The notes under the pieces: generated by a model
Told to the model about the DNA's origin: nothing
The model's database searches: none
The model's input: the letters and a program-made list of their open reading frames with translations, nothing else
Assembly: GCA_965223155.1 (NCBI GenBank)
Contig: CBDCVR010000015.1
Span: 224,001 to 288,000, forward strand
Reading direction: 5' to 3'
DNA: 64,000 nucleotides
DNA from: Candidatus Multivoradales bacterium
GTDB taxonomy: Bacteria > Acidobacteriota > Thermoanaerobaculia > Multivoradales > JAHEKO01
Part shown: piece by piece, positions 10,045 through 19,917 of the stretch
How the letters are laid out: every line of letters begins with the position of its first letter
Position numbering within the stretch: the first letter of the stretch is position 1
Position numbers and translations under genes: made by a program

Positions 10045-10683
10045 CTACCGCCTCTTGGTCTTCCGCTTCGCGGCTTTCTTCTTGGTCTTGCGCTTCGGAG
10101 CGGCCTTCCGCTTAGTCTTCCGCTTCGCTGCCTTCTTTTTCGTCTTGCGCTTGGTGGCCTTCCTCTTGGCTGCCTTCTTCTTCGTCTTACGCTTCGGAGC
10201 GGCCTTCCGCTTGGTCTTCCGCTTCGCTGCCTTCTTTTTCGTCTTGCGCTTCGTGGCCTTTTTCTTGGCCGCCTTCTTCTTCGTCTTGCGCTTCGGAGCG
10301 GCCTTCCGCTTGGTCTTCCGCTTGGCTGCCTTCTTTTTCGTCTTGCGCTTGGTAGCCTTCTTCTTGGCTGCCTTCTTCTTCGTCTTACGCTTCGTGGCCT
10401 TCTTCTTGGCCGCCTTCTTCTTCGTCTTGCGCTTCGGAGCAGCCTTCCGCTTGGTCTTCCGCTTCGCTGCCTTCTTTTTCGTCTTGCGCTTGGTAGCCTT
10501 CTTCTTGGCTGCCTTCTTCTTCGTCTTGCGCTTGGTGGCCTTCTTCTTGGCCGCCTTCTTCTTCGTCTTGCGCTTGGTGGCCTTCTTCTTGACCGCCTTC
10601 TTTTTCGTCCTGCGTTTCGGAGCGGCCTTCTTTGCGACTTTGCGCTTAGTCTTGCGTTTTGTCGCCTTCTTCTTCCTCGCCAT
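10045..10683 (-). CDS. Histone H1-like Lys/Arg/Ala-rich nucleoid protein
   Basis: 212 aa made almost entirely of K, R, A, T, P and V in repeats such as KKAAKKKATKRKTK and KRKAAPKRKTK; GGGAGG SD; own terminator. Confidence 0.85.
   Translation of the reverse strand: MARKKKATKRKTKRKVAKKAAPKRRTKKKAVKKKATKRKTKKKAAKKKATKRKTKKKAAKKKATKRKTKKKAAKRKTKRKAAPKRKTKKKAAKKKATKRKTKKKAAKKKATKRKTKKKAAKRKTKRKAAPKRKTKKKAAKKKATKRKTKKKAAKRKTKRKAAPKRKTKKKAAKRKATKRKTKKKAAKRKTKRKAAPKRKTKKKAAKRKTKRR
10054..10640. repeat. Degenerate tandem coding repeats of the histone-like gene
   Basis: Recurring units such as ttcttcgtcttgcgcttggtggccttc and gcttcggagcggccttccgcttggtcttccgc, with synonymous variation. Confidence 0.85.
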
Positions 10684-11231
10684 CGGTACTGCCTCCCGCC
10701 CGGCTACGGGCTCAAGGACCTACCCGGTCCAAATCTACGCACGAGAGCGACATTGCTCTCAGCGCCTCCCCCCACATTGGCCAAATTCGCCAAACTCAAA
10801 GGGCCCGCGCTCCCACCGGAAGGCCTGCCCTATCCTCCAAGGAATCACTCGTTTCGCACTCCGACGGCCGGCGCAGAGCAAGAGCGTCTTGTGACTCCGG
10901 TCGACTCCAGCATCTCAGTGCCTAGAACCGATCTCGTTCGTCGGAGCCCACGCTACGCGCCGAGTCAACCGCGCCAGATGTCCTGGCCGCGGTGGCAAAG
11001 CGCGACGAGATGCGTTCGCGCTGCAACCGCGTTTCGACCGTGCGACGGCGTGCTCCACCATCGACCGCGAACAGCTCGAGCTTCGACGAAGCCGGCACCT
11101 CGAAAATCGGCGGCAGCAGCAATCCAGCCCGAACCTCGTAGACGCGGCGACGCACCACCCGGCCGGTCTGCTCGCAGCGTGCATCGAATTCCCAAGTCAT
11201 CGAACAAGGATCGCGGAACGAGTCGAAGAAT

Positions 11232-11279
11232 GAACGATATATAGAGTCGTTGTCAAGTAGAGACCACAACATATTGTGG
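11232..11279. promoter_or_regulatory. Tandem NrdR-box-like operators overlapping divergent promoter elements
   Basis: GAACGATATATAGAGT (11232-11247) and CCACAACATATTGTGG (11264-11279) match acaCwAtATaTwGtgt and start 32 bp apart. Minus-strand TTGACA lies at 11256-11251. Confidence 0.7.
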
Positions 11280-11350
11280 TCCAAAGACAAATCGCAAGAA
11301 GCTCGCCGGCGGCGGCGCTTCTCCGTCTACGGCCCTATAATCACTGCGCC

Positions 11351-12928
11351 ATGGCCCAACGATTTCGAGACGATGCCGCTGCCGAGCGGCCGGCCTTTTA
11401 CGGCGCCGACGACCTGGCGGGAGAACCCACGCCCGCGGACCCGGGCAGCTTCCCGTTTACCCGGGGTTTGTACCCGGAGATGTACCGGCAGCGAGTCTGG
11501 ACGATGCGTCAGTACGCCGGCTTTTCCGATGCCGAGGAAACCAACCGGCGCTACAAGTTTCTACTCGAACAGGGAATCACCGGGCTCTCGGTCGCCTTCG
11601 ACCTGCCGACTCAGATCGGCTACGACTCCGACGGCCGCCTCGCCCGCGGCGAAGTCGGCCGCGTCGGAGTCGCCATCGACTCGATCGGCGACATGGAGCA
11701 GCTTTTCGATGGGATCCCGCTCGATCGCGTCACGACCTCGATGACCATCAACGCCACCGCGCCCATCTTGCTGGCCCTCTATCTCGCGGTGGCCGAGAAG
11801 CAAGGCGCCGACTGGGAACGGCTCGGCGGCACCGTGCAGAACGACATCCTCAAGGAATACGCCGCCCGGGGTACCTACATCTTCCCGCCCGAACCGTCGC
11901 TCAAGCTGGTTACCGACGTCATCGTGTTTTGCGCCGATCGGGTGCCGCGCTGGAACCCGATCTCGGTCTCCGGCTACCACATGCGGGAGGCCGGCAGCAC
12001 GGCCATCCAGGAGGTCGCCTTTACTCTGGCCAACGGACTGGCCTACGTCGAAGCCGCGGTAGCTCGCGGCCTCGACATTGACAGCTTCGCGCCGCGCGTC
12101 TCGTTCTTCTTCAACGCGCACAACAACTTCCTGGAAGAGGTCGCCAAGTTCCGCGCGGCCCGCCAGCTTTGGGCCGAGCTCGTCCGCGAGCGTTTCGCGC
12201 CCGCCAACGAACGGTCCTGCTGGCTGCGATTCCATACCCAGACCGCGGGCTCGACCCTCACCGCCCAGCAGCCGGACAACAACGTGGTCAGGGTCGCAGT
12301 CCAAGCGCTGGCGGCGATCTGCGGCGGAACCCAGTCACTTCATACCAACGCCCGCGACGAAGCCCTCGGACTGCCGACCCGGGAAGCAGCGCAGCTCGCG
12401 CTACGTACGCAGCAAGTCCTGGCTGAGGAGAGCGGCATCGTCGAGGTCGCCGATCCTCTCGGCGGTTCCTGGGCGGTGGAACGCCTGACGGGCGACATCG
12501 TCGCCGGCGCTCGCGAGTACCTGACCCGCCTGGAAGAGCTGGGCGGCCCGCTCAAGGCCTTGGACCAGGGGTTTCAGCAACGCGAGATTGCCGACGCCGC
12601 CTACGCGACTCAGCTTGCCATTGAGGCGGGCTCCGAGCGAGTGGTCGGAGTCAACGTCCACCGCACCGAAGATTCCGCCTCGCCCGAGGTGCTCCGTGTC
12701 GATCCGGCCAGTGAAGCCCGGCAGGTCGCCCGGCTACACGCCTTTCGCGAGCAACGCGACGCCGGTGCCGTCCAACGGGCACTCGCGGAGCTTGGCACGG
12801 CGGCCGGCGAGAACCGCAACCTCATGCCAGCGATCCTGGAAGCGGTACGAGCCGGTTGCACGGTCGGCGAAATCTCCGACGCGCTGCGCGCGGTCTTCGG
12901 CGAGCACCGCGAAACGTCGTTCGGCTAG
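11351..12928 (+). CDS. Methylmalonyl-CoA mutase family, substrate-binding (N-terminal) subunit
   Basis: FPFTRG, WTMRQYAGF, LSVAFDLPTQ, QNDILKEY..RGTY, ISVSGYH and GGTQSLHTN. No DxHxxG B12-binding domain. Confidence 0.92.
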   Translation: MAQRFRDDAAAERPAFYGADDLAGEPTPADPGSFPFTRGLYPEMYRQRVWTMRQYAGFSDAEETNRRYKFLLEQGITGLSVAFDLPTQIGYDSDGRLARGEVGRVGVAIDSIGDMEQLFDGIPLDRVTTSMTINATAPILLALYLAVAEKQGADWERLGGTVQNDILKEYAARGTYIFPPEPSLKLVTDVIVFCADRVPRWNPISVSGYHMREAGSTAIQEVAFTLANGLAYVEAAVARGLDIDSFAPRVSFFFNAHNNFLEEVAKFRAARQLWAELVRERFAPANERSCWLRFHTQTAGSTLTAQQPDNNVVRVAVQALAAICGGTQSLHTNARDEALGLPTREAAQLALRTQQVLAEESGIVEVADPLGGSWAVERLTGDIVAGAREYLTRLEELGGPLKALDQGFQQREIADAAYATQLAIEAGSERVVGVNVHRTEDSASPEVLRVDPASEARQVARLHAFREQRDAGAVQRALAELGTAAGENRNLMPAILEAVRAGCTVGEISDALRAVFGEHRETSFG

Positions 12929-13087
12929 GGCCGTCGTCCCCACAACCAGCGAGGGCGCTACCGGGCACGCGGCCGAGCGGCCGCACCGTGTCGGCGCCCT
13001 CAGGAGTCCCCCGGCGACTCCCGCTGGCCGCTGGCACGCAAGGGCGCCAGTCAACCGCAGGCGTCACTTCGAGGCGAAAAGGCCCGG

Positions 13088-14482
13088 CTACTGAACGGGA
13101 TCGTCGCCGCCGGCGCCGCCGTCATCCACCAGCGCCTGCGCCGAGCGAAGGGCCGCCACCTTGGCCTCGACGTCGGCCACGCCGTCGGCCGGCACCACCA
13201 CGCCAAACTCGCGTCCGCCTCCGACCGCCAAGTAGTCCTGGTTCCAGGCATGAAGCGACAGCGTCTCGGACGAGTCCCCATCCAGGGTCAGGCGGATCCG
13301 CAGGGCAGCGGGCTCTTCAGGCTCGACCAGCGCCAAGGATACGAGATCCTCTCCTCTGGCTCCGGTAACGCCCGTCAAGGCGTAGAGCAGATCGCTGGCG
13401 AGAGAGTAGTCGATCTCGGCACCGTCACGCCGCCAGGAACCCTCGCTCCTCGCGAGTGACAAGGCCTCGCCGTCCTCTTCGGTGGCAAGGACTTCGATAC
13501 CGGTGACGTCGATCGGACGCGTTTCGGTCCACGCTCGCGATTGCCAACCGGCGGCGGGCCCGCTCAGGAGCTCCAGAAAGTCGATCGTCGCCAGATACGT
13601 CCCTTCGTCGGTCGCCACGTAGTGAAGCGGCGTCTGCCCGTCCTCATTCGTCGGCTCCGACTGATCCGGAGCACCCACACGCACCTCGAGCGGAGCCTCC
13701 CTGCCTTCGACGGCGAGACTCAGAACCAAGGGCGATGCCATGGCGTCTCCGGGCACGACGTCCACAAAGCGCTCCACCGTCAGGCCGGCAAGACCGTCGA
13801 AGACCTCGCGGGCGGCGTCCCGGTCGGCCCGATCGGCAAACGGCGCCACCAACTCGAAACCGTCTCCCGCGCGGCGAAGGCGCACCCCGGTCGAATCGAC
13901 CGCGAGCTCGAGAAGGGCATCGCTCGCGACGGGCAGTAGCTCGCGGCTACGCCAGTCTTCGACCGCCTTTTCGAAGTCGCTCGAGAGCGAATCGGGCACC
14001 ACCCGGAACTCGGTTCCGGGCCCCAGGTCGGCGATCGTGTTGGCCGAGGCCGGAACCGGCGCCCCGAGGCGAATCGTGATCTCGGTTTCGGCGGCGGTCA
14101 CCGTAACCCGAGCCCGCGGTTCCTCCAGACCCAACTGGGCGGGGTCGCCGTCGGCAAAGGAGCGGCTGACCTCGAGTCCGGTCAGCGCCTCCAGAAATGA
14201 CTCCACCTCATCGCCATCGGCGCGGGCGTCCACTGGAGCCTCCAGCCGCCAGCGGCGGGCCTCCGTGTCCGCCGGCTCCTCGGTCGCTTCCCGCACCAAG
14301 ACCAGCCGGCCGGCGGAAGATTCCAGGACCACCCGCTCCACGTCCCCGGCCTCTATTGCGACCAGCTTCTTGGCGTCGGCGGAACGCTCGTCGGTCGACG
14401 GCGCCTTCCGATCCACGAGCCACAAAAACGCGGCCAGGGCAGCGACGAGAGCGGCAAGGATCAAGACCGACCGGGGCTTCAT
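13088..14482 (-). CDS. DUF4340-type membrane-anchored protein of the Gld-like ABC operon
   Basis: N-terminal TM helix; W.LEAPV.ARAD repeats; last gene of the ABC operon. Confidence 0.7.
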   Translation of the reverse strand: MKPRSVLILAALVAALAAFLWLVDRKAPSTDERSADAKKLVAIEAGDVERVVLESSAGRLVLVREATEEPADTEARRWRLEAPVDARADGDEVESFLEALTGLEVSRSFADGDPAQLGLEEPRARVTVTAAETEITIRLGAPVPASANTIADLGPGTEFRVVPDSLSSDFEKAVEDWRSRELLPVASDALLELAVDSTGVRLRRAGDGFELVAPFADRADRDAAREVFDGLAGLTVERFVDVVPGDAMASPLVLSLAVEGREAPLEVRVGAPDQSEPTNEDGQTPLHYVATDEGTYLATIDFLELLSGPAAGWQSRAWTETRPIDVTGIEVLATEEDGEALSLARSEGSWRRDGAEIDYSLASDLLYALTGVTGARGEDLVSLALVEPEEPAALRIRLTLDGDSSETLSLHAWNQDYLAVGGGREFGVVVPADGVADVEAKVAALRSAQALVDDGGAGGDDPVQ

Positions 14483-14484
14483 GG

Positions 14485-16014
14485 CTATCTCCTGCGTCTC
14501 AAGAAGATCCAGACACCGGCCAGGATGGCCAGGCCCGGAAGCACCAGAAAGACCAGTAGCGCCACGGTGCGAAGCTCGGCCGCGCTCAGGCTGAGCTTGG
14601 TCTGCTCGGGCGTCTTGGGAGGAATTCCGATCAATCCGTCCCGAGCCACCAGCCAGTTGAAGACGTTGGCGGCGAACTCGGCATTACCGACGTTCCGAAG
14701 TTGGTTGTTGCCGAGGAAATCCGAATCCCCGGCGACGACCAGACGCGGCCCCGCTTCCGCGGCGGCCGTCACGGCGTCGGCCGCGCCTTCGGCCTGCACA
14801 TCCGCCAGAGCGTCAGGCGATGCGTCGGCCAAGGTGTCGTCCGCTTCGTCCTCTTCCAGCTCGACAGCGACCGCGATCGCCACCGGCCCGGCCAGGTCGG
14901 ACTCGCCGCGCTCCACCGCTCCGAGAGCCTCCAGGTCGCGCTCGCCCCAGGCTTCGGCACTGGTCGTCAAGAGCTCGACCCCCGTGGCGCCGTCCGCGGG
15001 CACCACTTCGATCGAGCGCGCCAGGGGCACGATCACCGGCACGTCCGCCTGGGCCAGCGTGCGCGTGATCTCATGCTCGCCGAAGCCGTTCACGAAAAAG
15101 GTCTCGGCACCGTAGAACGGCAACTGCCGGGCCGGGTCCACGACGATGTCGGTTCCCGGCCGCACCCCGTAGCCGGCCAGGAGCTCCTCCAAGCCCGACG
15201 GCTCGACCGTACCGCGATCGGACACCATTGGATCCAACAACACCAGCAGCCGGCCTCCGCCGGCAAGGTAGCCGCGCAGTAACTCGACCTCGGGTTCCAC
15301 GAACGCCGCGGTCGGACTCGCCACGACCACGAGATCCGTGCCTGCCGGTACCGCTGCCGCGCCCAGCGGCGCCCATTCTTCCAACTCGAGATTGTCGCGT
15401 CGCAGGAGATCCGCGAGCTGACTCAAGCCCCGAGCCGAAGTGTCGTCCAGCTTGAGCTCGCCGTGACCGGTGGTAAACGCGATGCGTGACTTGGAGTCTT
15501 CGGAGAGCTCCAGCATCGCCTGCGTGAAGGCTTGCTCGCCCTTGAAAGCGGTCATCTCCGGATCCTGTCCGAACTGGAGTCCCGAGAAATCGTAGTCGGC
15601 CAGATCGGCGGCCTCGATCATGCGGCGATCGTCGCCCCGGTCCAGGATCACCACGTCCAGGCTCGCCAGCTCGTACCGGTCGACGAGCTGCTGGGCTTCG
15701 GCCAGGTTCTTCTCGGGATCCACCACCCGGACGCTGAAGCGGTCGCTGGCAGCGGCGTAGCGGGACAGGAGCTCGCGCACCGGCCCGAACAGCGGTTCGC
15801 CCGGGCTCAGGAAGACGAGCGCCTCGATCGGCCGTTCCAATCCTTCGACCACGGCCAGGCTCTTTTCCGAGAGGGTATAGAGCTCCTCGGCGGTCCAGTC
15901 CGCCCGCTTGTAGTACTTGGCCCCAACATAGTTGAGCATGACCACGAGCGCCACCACCAGCAGCACGCCGACGCTCAACAGGGAAGAATCCACCCAGGCT
16001 CGATTGCGGCTCAT
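14485..16014 (-). CDS. GldG-family ABC auxiliary component
   Basis: DWT....YTLS, GHGE, GGRLLVLLDP, VVAGDSDF, N..F..N..NWL; TM helices at both ends. Confidence 0.85.
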   Translation of the reverse strand: MSRNRAWVDSSLLSVGVLLVVALVVMLNYVGAKYYKRADWTAEELYTLSEKSLAVVEGLERPIEALVFLSPGEPLFGPVRELLSRYAAASDRFSVRVVDPEKNLAEAQQLVDRYELASLDVVILDRGDDRRMIEAADLADYDFSGLQFGQDPEMTAFKGEQAFTQAMLELSEDSKSRIAFTTGHGELKLDDTSARGLSQLADLLRRDNLELEEWAPLGAAAVPAGTDLVVVASPTAAFVEPEVELLRGYLAGGGRLLVLLDPMVSDRGTVEPSGLEELLAGYGVRPGTDIVVDPARQLPFYGAETFFVNGFGEHEITRTLAQADVPVIVPLARSIEVVPADGATGVELLTTSAEAWGERDLEALGAVERGESDLAGPVAIAVAVELEEDEADDTLADASPDALADVQAEGAADAVTAAAEAGPRLVVAGDSDFLGNNQLRNVGNAEFAANVFNWLVARDGLIGIPPKTPEQTKLSLSAAELRTVALLVFLVLPGLAILAGVWIFLRRRR

Positions 16015-16018
16015 GACC

Positions 16019-16759
16019 CTACCTCCACTTCTTCAGCGCCAGCGACCGGGTCGCCAGGAACAGAAATAGCCCGGTCGCGCTGGCGTAGTAGACCAGCCTG
16101 CGGGTGTCCACGATGCCGCGGCTGAAGTCTTCCATATGCTGCCACAGGTTGAGGTACTGGAAGACCTTCTGCACGTTCTCCCCATGGACCAGATTCTCGA
16201 GCAAGCCGAAGGTAAAGAGCGGCACGAGTAGGACGAAGGTGATGAGCGCGGCGACCAGCTGGCTCTTGGTGAGCGACGAGGCCAGGAGTCCAGCCGACAG
16301 GAAGACCGCTCCAATCCCCAGGATGCCGAGGTAGCCGGATGCCACGGGGCCCCAATGGACGGTGCTGTACCGGGCCAGAATCCCCGCGTAGACCAGGGTC
16401 GGAAGCCACAACAAGACGTACAGAACGAGCGCCGCGACGAATTTGCCCAAGACCACCTGGGCTTCGGTCACCGGAGCGGTCATCAGCACCTCCACCGTGC
16501 CGCTCCGCCGTTCCTCGCTCAGCAAGCGCATGGTCAGAACCGGCGTCAAGAACAACAGCACCAGCCAGAAAAAGAAGGTCTGTCCGAAGAAGAGCTCGAG
16601 CGGGGCGCCGAAACCGGCTCGCGGATCGCTCAGGAAGCTGACGATCAACCAGAACACGAAGCCGTTGACCAGCAACAGAACGGTCAAGACGATGTAGGCC
16701 AGCGGTGAAAGGAAATACGAGCGAAGCTCCCGCTCGACGGTCGCCAAGAACGCCTTCAT
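16019..16759 (-). CDS. ABC-2 permease, GldF-like
   Basis: RELRSYF.SP, LTMRLLSEERRSGT.E.L.T.P and VVLGKF. Confidence 0.88.
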   Translation of the reverse strand: MKAFLATVERELRSYFLSPLAYIVLTVLLLVNGFVFWLIVSFLSDPRAGFGAPLELFFGQTFFFWLVLLFLTPVLTMRLLSEERRSGTVEVLMTAPVTEAQVVLGKFVAALVLYVLLWLPTLVYAGILARYSTVHWGPVASGYLGILGIGAVFLSAGLLASSLTKSQLVAALITFVLLVPLFTFGLLENLVHGENVQKVFQYLNLWQHMEDFSRGIVDTRRLVYYASATGLFLFLATRSLALKKWR

Positions 16760-17733
16760 GACACCACCTCCTCAGGCTCCCCGACGGCGGCGGGCGAACC
16801 CGGCTGCTCGCGCGTAGTGAGGCGCACGAAGACGTCTTCGAGCGACGCCCGGCTCTCCGCCAGCTCGAGCAGCACCCAGCCGGCGTCGACCGCGGCATGA
16901 AAGATCGCCGCTCGCGGATCGGCGCCCTCGTCACAGTCCAGGAGGAAGCGCTGCCCGGCCTCGGAGATCTCGGCGGCCTCGACGCGGGCGACTCCCGGCA
17001 GCGCCGCCAGCACCCGCTCGAACTCACCCTCGCCATAGACAGTCACCGTCAACCGGGAGGCGCTCGCCCAGCGCTCGCGCAGACTGTCGGGAGTCCCCTC
17101 GGCCACGATGCGGCCTCCGTCCACGATGATCACTCGATCGCAAAGAAGCTCCACCTCGGGCAGGATGTGGGTCGAGAGAAGCAGGGTCGACTCCTCGGCC
17201 AGCTCCCGGATGAGCGAGCGGATCGCCACGATCTGCTTCGGATCCAGCCCCACCGTCGGTTCGTCCAGTACCAGCACCCGCGGCCGGTGCAGGATCGCCG
17301 TCGCCAAGCCCACTCGCTGCCGGTAGCCCTTCGACAGCGTGCCGATGATCTGATGCTCGACATCTTCGAGCAAGGTCCGGCGCAGGACCTCGGGCAAGCG
17401 CGACTTGGCCTCGGCGGCGCCCAGGCCTTCCAGCCGGGCGCGGTACGCGAGGTACTCGCTGACCCGCATCTCCGGATAGAGCGCGACGTGCTCCGGCAGG
17501 TAGCCCAAGTCCCGGCGCGCGGCGATGGGAGCCTCGGCCAGGTCCTTGCCGTTAATCGTGATTCGGCCGCTGGTCGGGGGCAAAAAGCCGGTGACCATCC
17601 GGATCGTGGTGGTCTTGCCGGCTCCGTTGGGACCCAGAATCCCGACGATCTCTCCGTCGGCGACGGAGAACGAGACGCCGTCCACCGCGGTGAACTCGCC
17701 ATACCGCCTGGTCAGGTTGTGCGCTTCGATCAT
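16756..17733 (-). CDS. ABC transporter ATP-binding protein, GldA-like
   Basis: GPNGAGKTT, LSKGYRQRVGLA, LDEPT.GLDP and STH. Start set at MIEAHNL. Confidence 0.92.
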   Translation of the reverse strand: MIEAHNLTRRYGEFTAVDGVSFSVADGEIVGILGPNGAGKTTTIRMVTGFLPPTSGRITINGKDLAEAPIAARRDLGYLPEHVALYPEMRVSEYLAYRARLEGLGAAEAKSRLPEVLRRTLLEDVEHQIIGTLSKGYRQRVGLATAILHRPRVLVLDEPTVGLDPKQIVAIRSLIRELAEESTLLLSTHILPEVELLCDRVIIVDGGRIVAEGTPDSLRERWASASRLTVTVYGEGEFERVLAALPGVARVEAAEISEAGQRFLLDCDEGADPRAAIFHAAVDAGWVLLELAESRASLEDVFVRLTTREQPGSPAAVGEPEEVVS

Positions 17734-17998
17734 CTCGTGTCTCCCTCGTGTCGGCGTCCTCGCGGCCCAGAGACGCTCCAAGTGCGTCCTGGGCACCGCC
17801 CCGGCGGAGCAAGATGGATGCCTGTTGGGCCGGTCGCTCGACGCCGTTTCGGTACATCCCGGAGCGCCGACGGAGCGCATTTTGGCATGATGTGGCGCTC
17901 GATCGAAATGCCATCCTGACATCCCGGCACGGCACCCGAACGGACACGGTCGAGCAAGGGCCCGCCGCTACGAGTACGATACGCTGAGGAGTCCCACC

Positions 17999-18286
17999 AT
18001 GAAGTCCGCCTACGAAGCAGCGCTCGAACGGCTCGAGACTCAGGGTATCGAGCGTCCGCGCGAAGACGCGCTGCCCGAAGCCGTGCGGGCCGAGATGGAG
18101 GCCGTGCGCCAGAAGGCCCAGGCGTCCCTGGCCGAGCTCGAGATTCTGGCCCGGGACCGGATGCTCAAGGCCGGCCTCGAACCCTCGGTTTCGGAAGACG
18201 GCGACTACCTGGCCGAGCGCCAACGCATTCTGGATCGCCGCGACCGGAAGCTCGAAGCCTTGCGTTCGAAATCGCGATCCGTCTAG
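17999..18286 (+). CDS. Small helical hypothetical protein (MKSAYE.A.ERL type)
   Basis: GAGGAG SD and an upstream TACGAT -10; coiled-coil character. Confidence 0.7.
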   Translation: MKSAYEAALERLETQGIERPREDALPEAVRAEMEAVRQKAQASLAELEILARDRMLKAGLEPSVSEDGDYLAERQRILDRRDRKLEALRSKSRSV

Positions 18287-19917
18287 GCGGATCCGGCGAA
18301 GACGCGCTCGAACTCTTCGATCGCGAGCACGTTGCCGCACACGTAGACGTCGTCGCCTTCTTCGAACTGGAACTCTTCGCCGAACTCGACGATCAACTGG
18401 TCGGCGCGCTCGACGGCGACCACCGAGACTCCCGTACGCTCCCGGATCCGCAGCCCCGCCGGGCTGCTGCCGGCGAGCCCGTCGGCGGTGAGGCGCACCA
18501 CCTGGACCTTGGGATCCAGCGAGACCGCCTGCTTGCCGAGAAGCCGGGCCGCCAGAATCTGGCCCGATACCTGACTAATCGACAAGGCGAAGTCGGCTCC
18601 GGCGCGGTGAATCCGGGCCACGTTCTGCGCCTCGTTGACGCGCGCGATAACCGGAATCTTAGGAGCGAAGTCCTTCAGAATCACCGTTCCGAAGAGGGTC
18701 GCGGCGTCGCTGTCCACCGCCAAGATCACTCCCTGGGCATCCCGGATCCCCGCCCGGCCCAGGACTTCGTACTCCAAGATGTCCGCCACCAGGTCCACGC
18801 CCTCTCCCTCCTGTCGATCGATCACCAAGATCTCTTCATCGGCGTCCCGCAAGAGTTCGGCGACCTTGCGGCCCACCTCGCCGTAGCCGGCCAGGATGAA
18901 CGGACCGGTTCGCTCCAGGGGCGTCGCTCCCGAGCAGAACTCGCCAAATCGCTGGACGCCCTCGGCGCTGCCCGCCACGATCAGGATCGCCCCGGGCACC
19001 AGCACGGTCTCGGCGGTGGGCGGCGCGATCAGCCGTCCCTCGACCCACTGGCCGAGGACCGAGATGCCGGTGCGCCGGCCAACCTCGGACTCCCCCAGCG
19101 TCTTGTCCGCCAGGGCACTGTGCGAACCGATCCGAGCCTCGCTCACGATCAACTTCCGGCCTAGCACCTGAGCGCCCTCGACCCGGGGACTGATGCGCTC
19201 GCTGGCCCGCGCGGCCAGCGCCGCTCCCAGAATGTGGCGCGGGGTAAAGACCGCCGTCGCTCCCGCGAGCAACATCGGCTTGCGGTGGAAGGGCTCTTCG
19301 ACGACCGCCAGAACGTCGCCCTCGAAACCGGCCTGACGGCTGGCAAGAATCACGGCCGCGTTCTCGTCGTCGCCGCCGTTGGCTACCAGGGCCCGCGCCC
19401 GGGAAAGACCGCTTCGCTCGAGAGAGCCGTCATCCAGATGCCCCAGCACCACGGTCCGGCCGCGCTCGACTAGACGGCGCGCCACGCGCTCGTCGCGCTC
19501 GACCACCACCGTCGAGACGCCGGCCCGATCCAGCTCGTCCAAGAGGGTGGCGACGGCGGCCCCGTACCGGTAGACGAGAACGTGATCCTCGGCTTCCGGC
19601 GCAGCCTTCGGCAGTCTTGATTCGAAACGCTCTTCGAGAAACGGAATCATGTAGATCGGAAAGATCAAGAAGACCAGGAACACGCCCAAGAACTGCAACA
19701 CGACGACGAAGGCCACCATCAACGGATGCGACCAGTCCGCATCCCCGCCGTAGCCCGTGGTCGAGAGCGTTTCGGCGGCGAAGCCGACGCTGCGCCAGAA
19801 GCCGCGCGACTCGCCTTCGAGCACCGCCATGCCAGCCATGTAGAGGAGCGCCGACACCAGGATCAAGATGGGCAGCGCGCCCAGGAGCATCGCGAGCCGG
19901 CGCCTGGAACGAAGCAT
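18283..19917 (-). CDS. Potassium channel family protein with tandem RCK (TrkA-N/TrkA-C) domains
   Basis: 2TM pore with TTGYG filter; two Rossmann RCK_N domains (GYGEVG) and RCK_C domains. Confidence 0.85.
   Translation of the reverse strand: MLRSRRRLAMLLGALPILILVSALLYMAGMAVLEGESRGFWRSVGFAAETLSTTGYGGDADWSHPLMVAFVVVLQFLGVFLVFLIFPIYMIPFLEERFESRLPKAAPEAEDHVLVYRYGAAVATLLDELDRAGVSTVVVERDERVARRLVERGRTVVLGHLDDGSLERSGLSRARALVANGGDDENAAVILASRQAGFEGDVLAVVEEPFHRKPMLLAGATAVFTPRHILGAALAARASERISPRVEGAQVLGRKLIVSEARIGSHSALADKTLGESEVGRRTGISVLGQWVEGRLIAPPTAETVLVPGAILIVAGSAEGVQRFGEFCSGATPLERTGPFILAGYGEVGRKVAELLRDADEEILVIDRQEGEGVDLVADILEYEVLGRAGIRDAQGVILAVDSDAATLFGTVILKDFAPKIPVIARVNEAQNVARIHRAGADFALSISQVSGQILAARLLGKQAVSLDPKVQVVRLTADGLAGSSPAGLRIRERTGVSVVAVERADQLIVEFGEEFQFEEGDDVYVCGNVLAIEEFERVFAGSA

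Noticed and set aside
10054-10640. Repeats as a possible CRISPR array
   Set aside because: No unique spacers, variation is synonymous within a reading frame, and no cas genes are present.
10055-10894. 279-aa Phe-rich ORF on the plus strand
   Set aside because: Antisense shadow of the Lys-rich repeat gene (AAG read as CTT/TTC). The SD and terminator support the minus-strand gene.
10690-11340. Cobalamin riboswitch upstream of the B12-dependent mutase
   Set aside because: I could not find the conserved B12-box or core motifs by eye. An Rfam search would be decisive.
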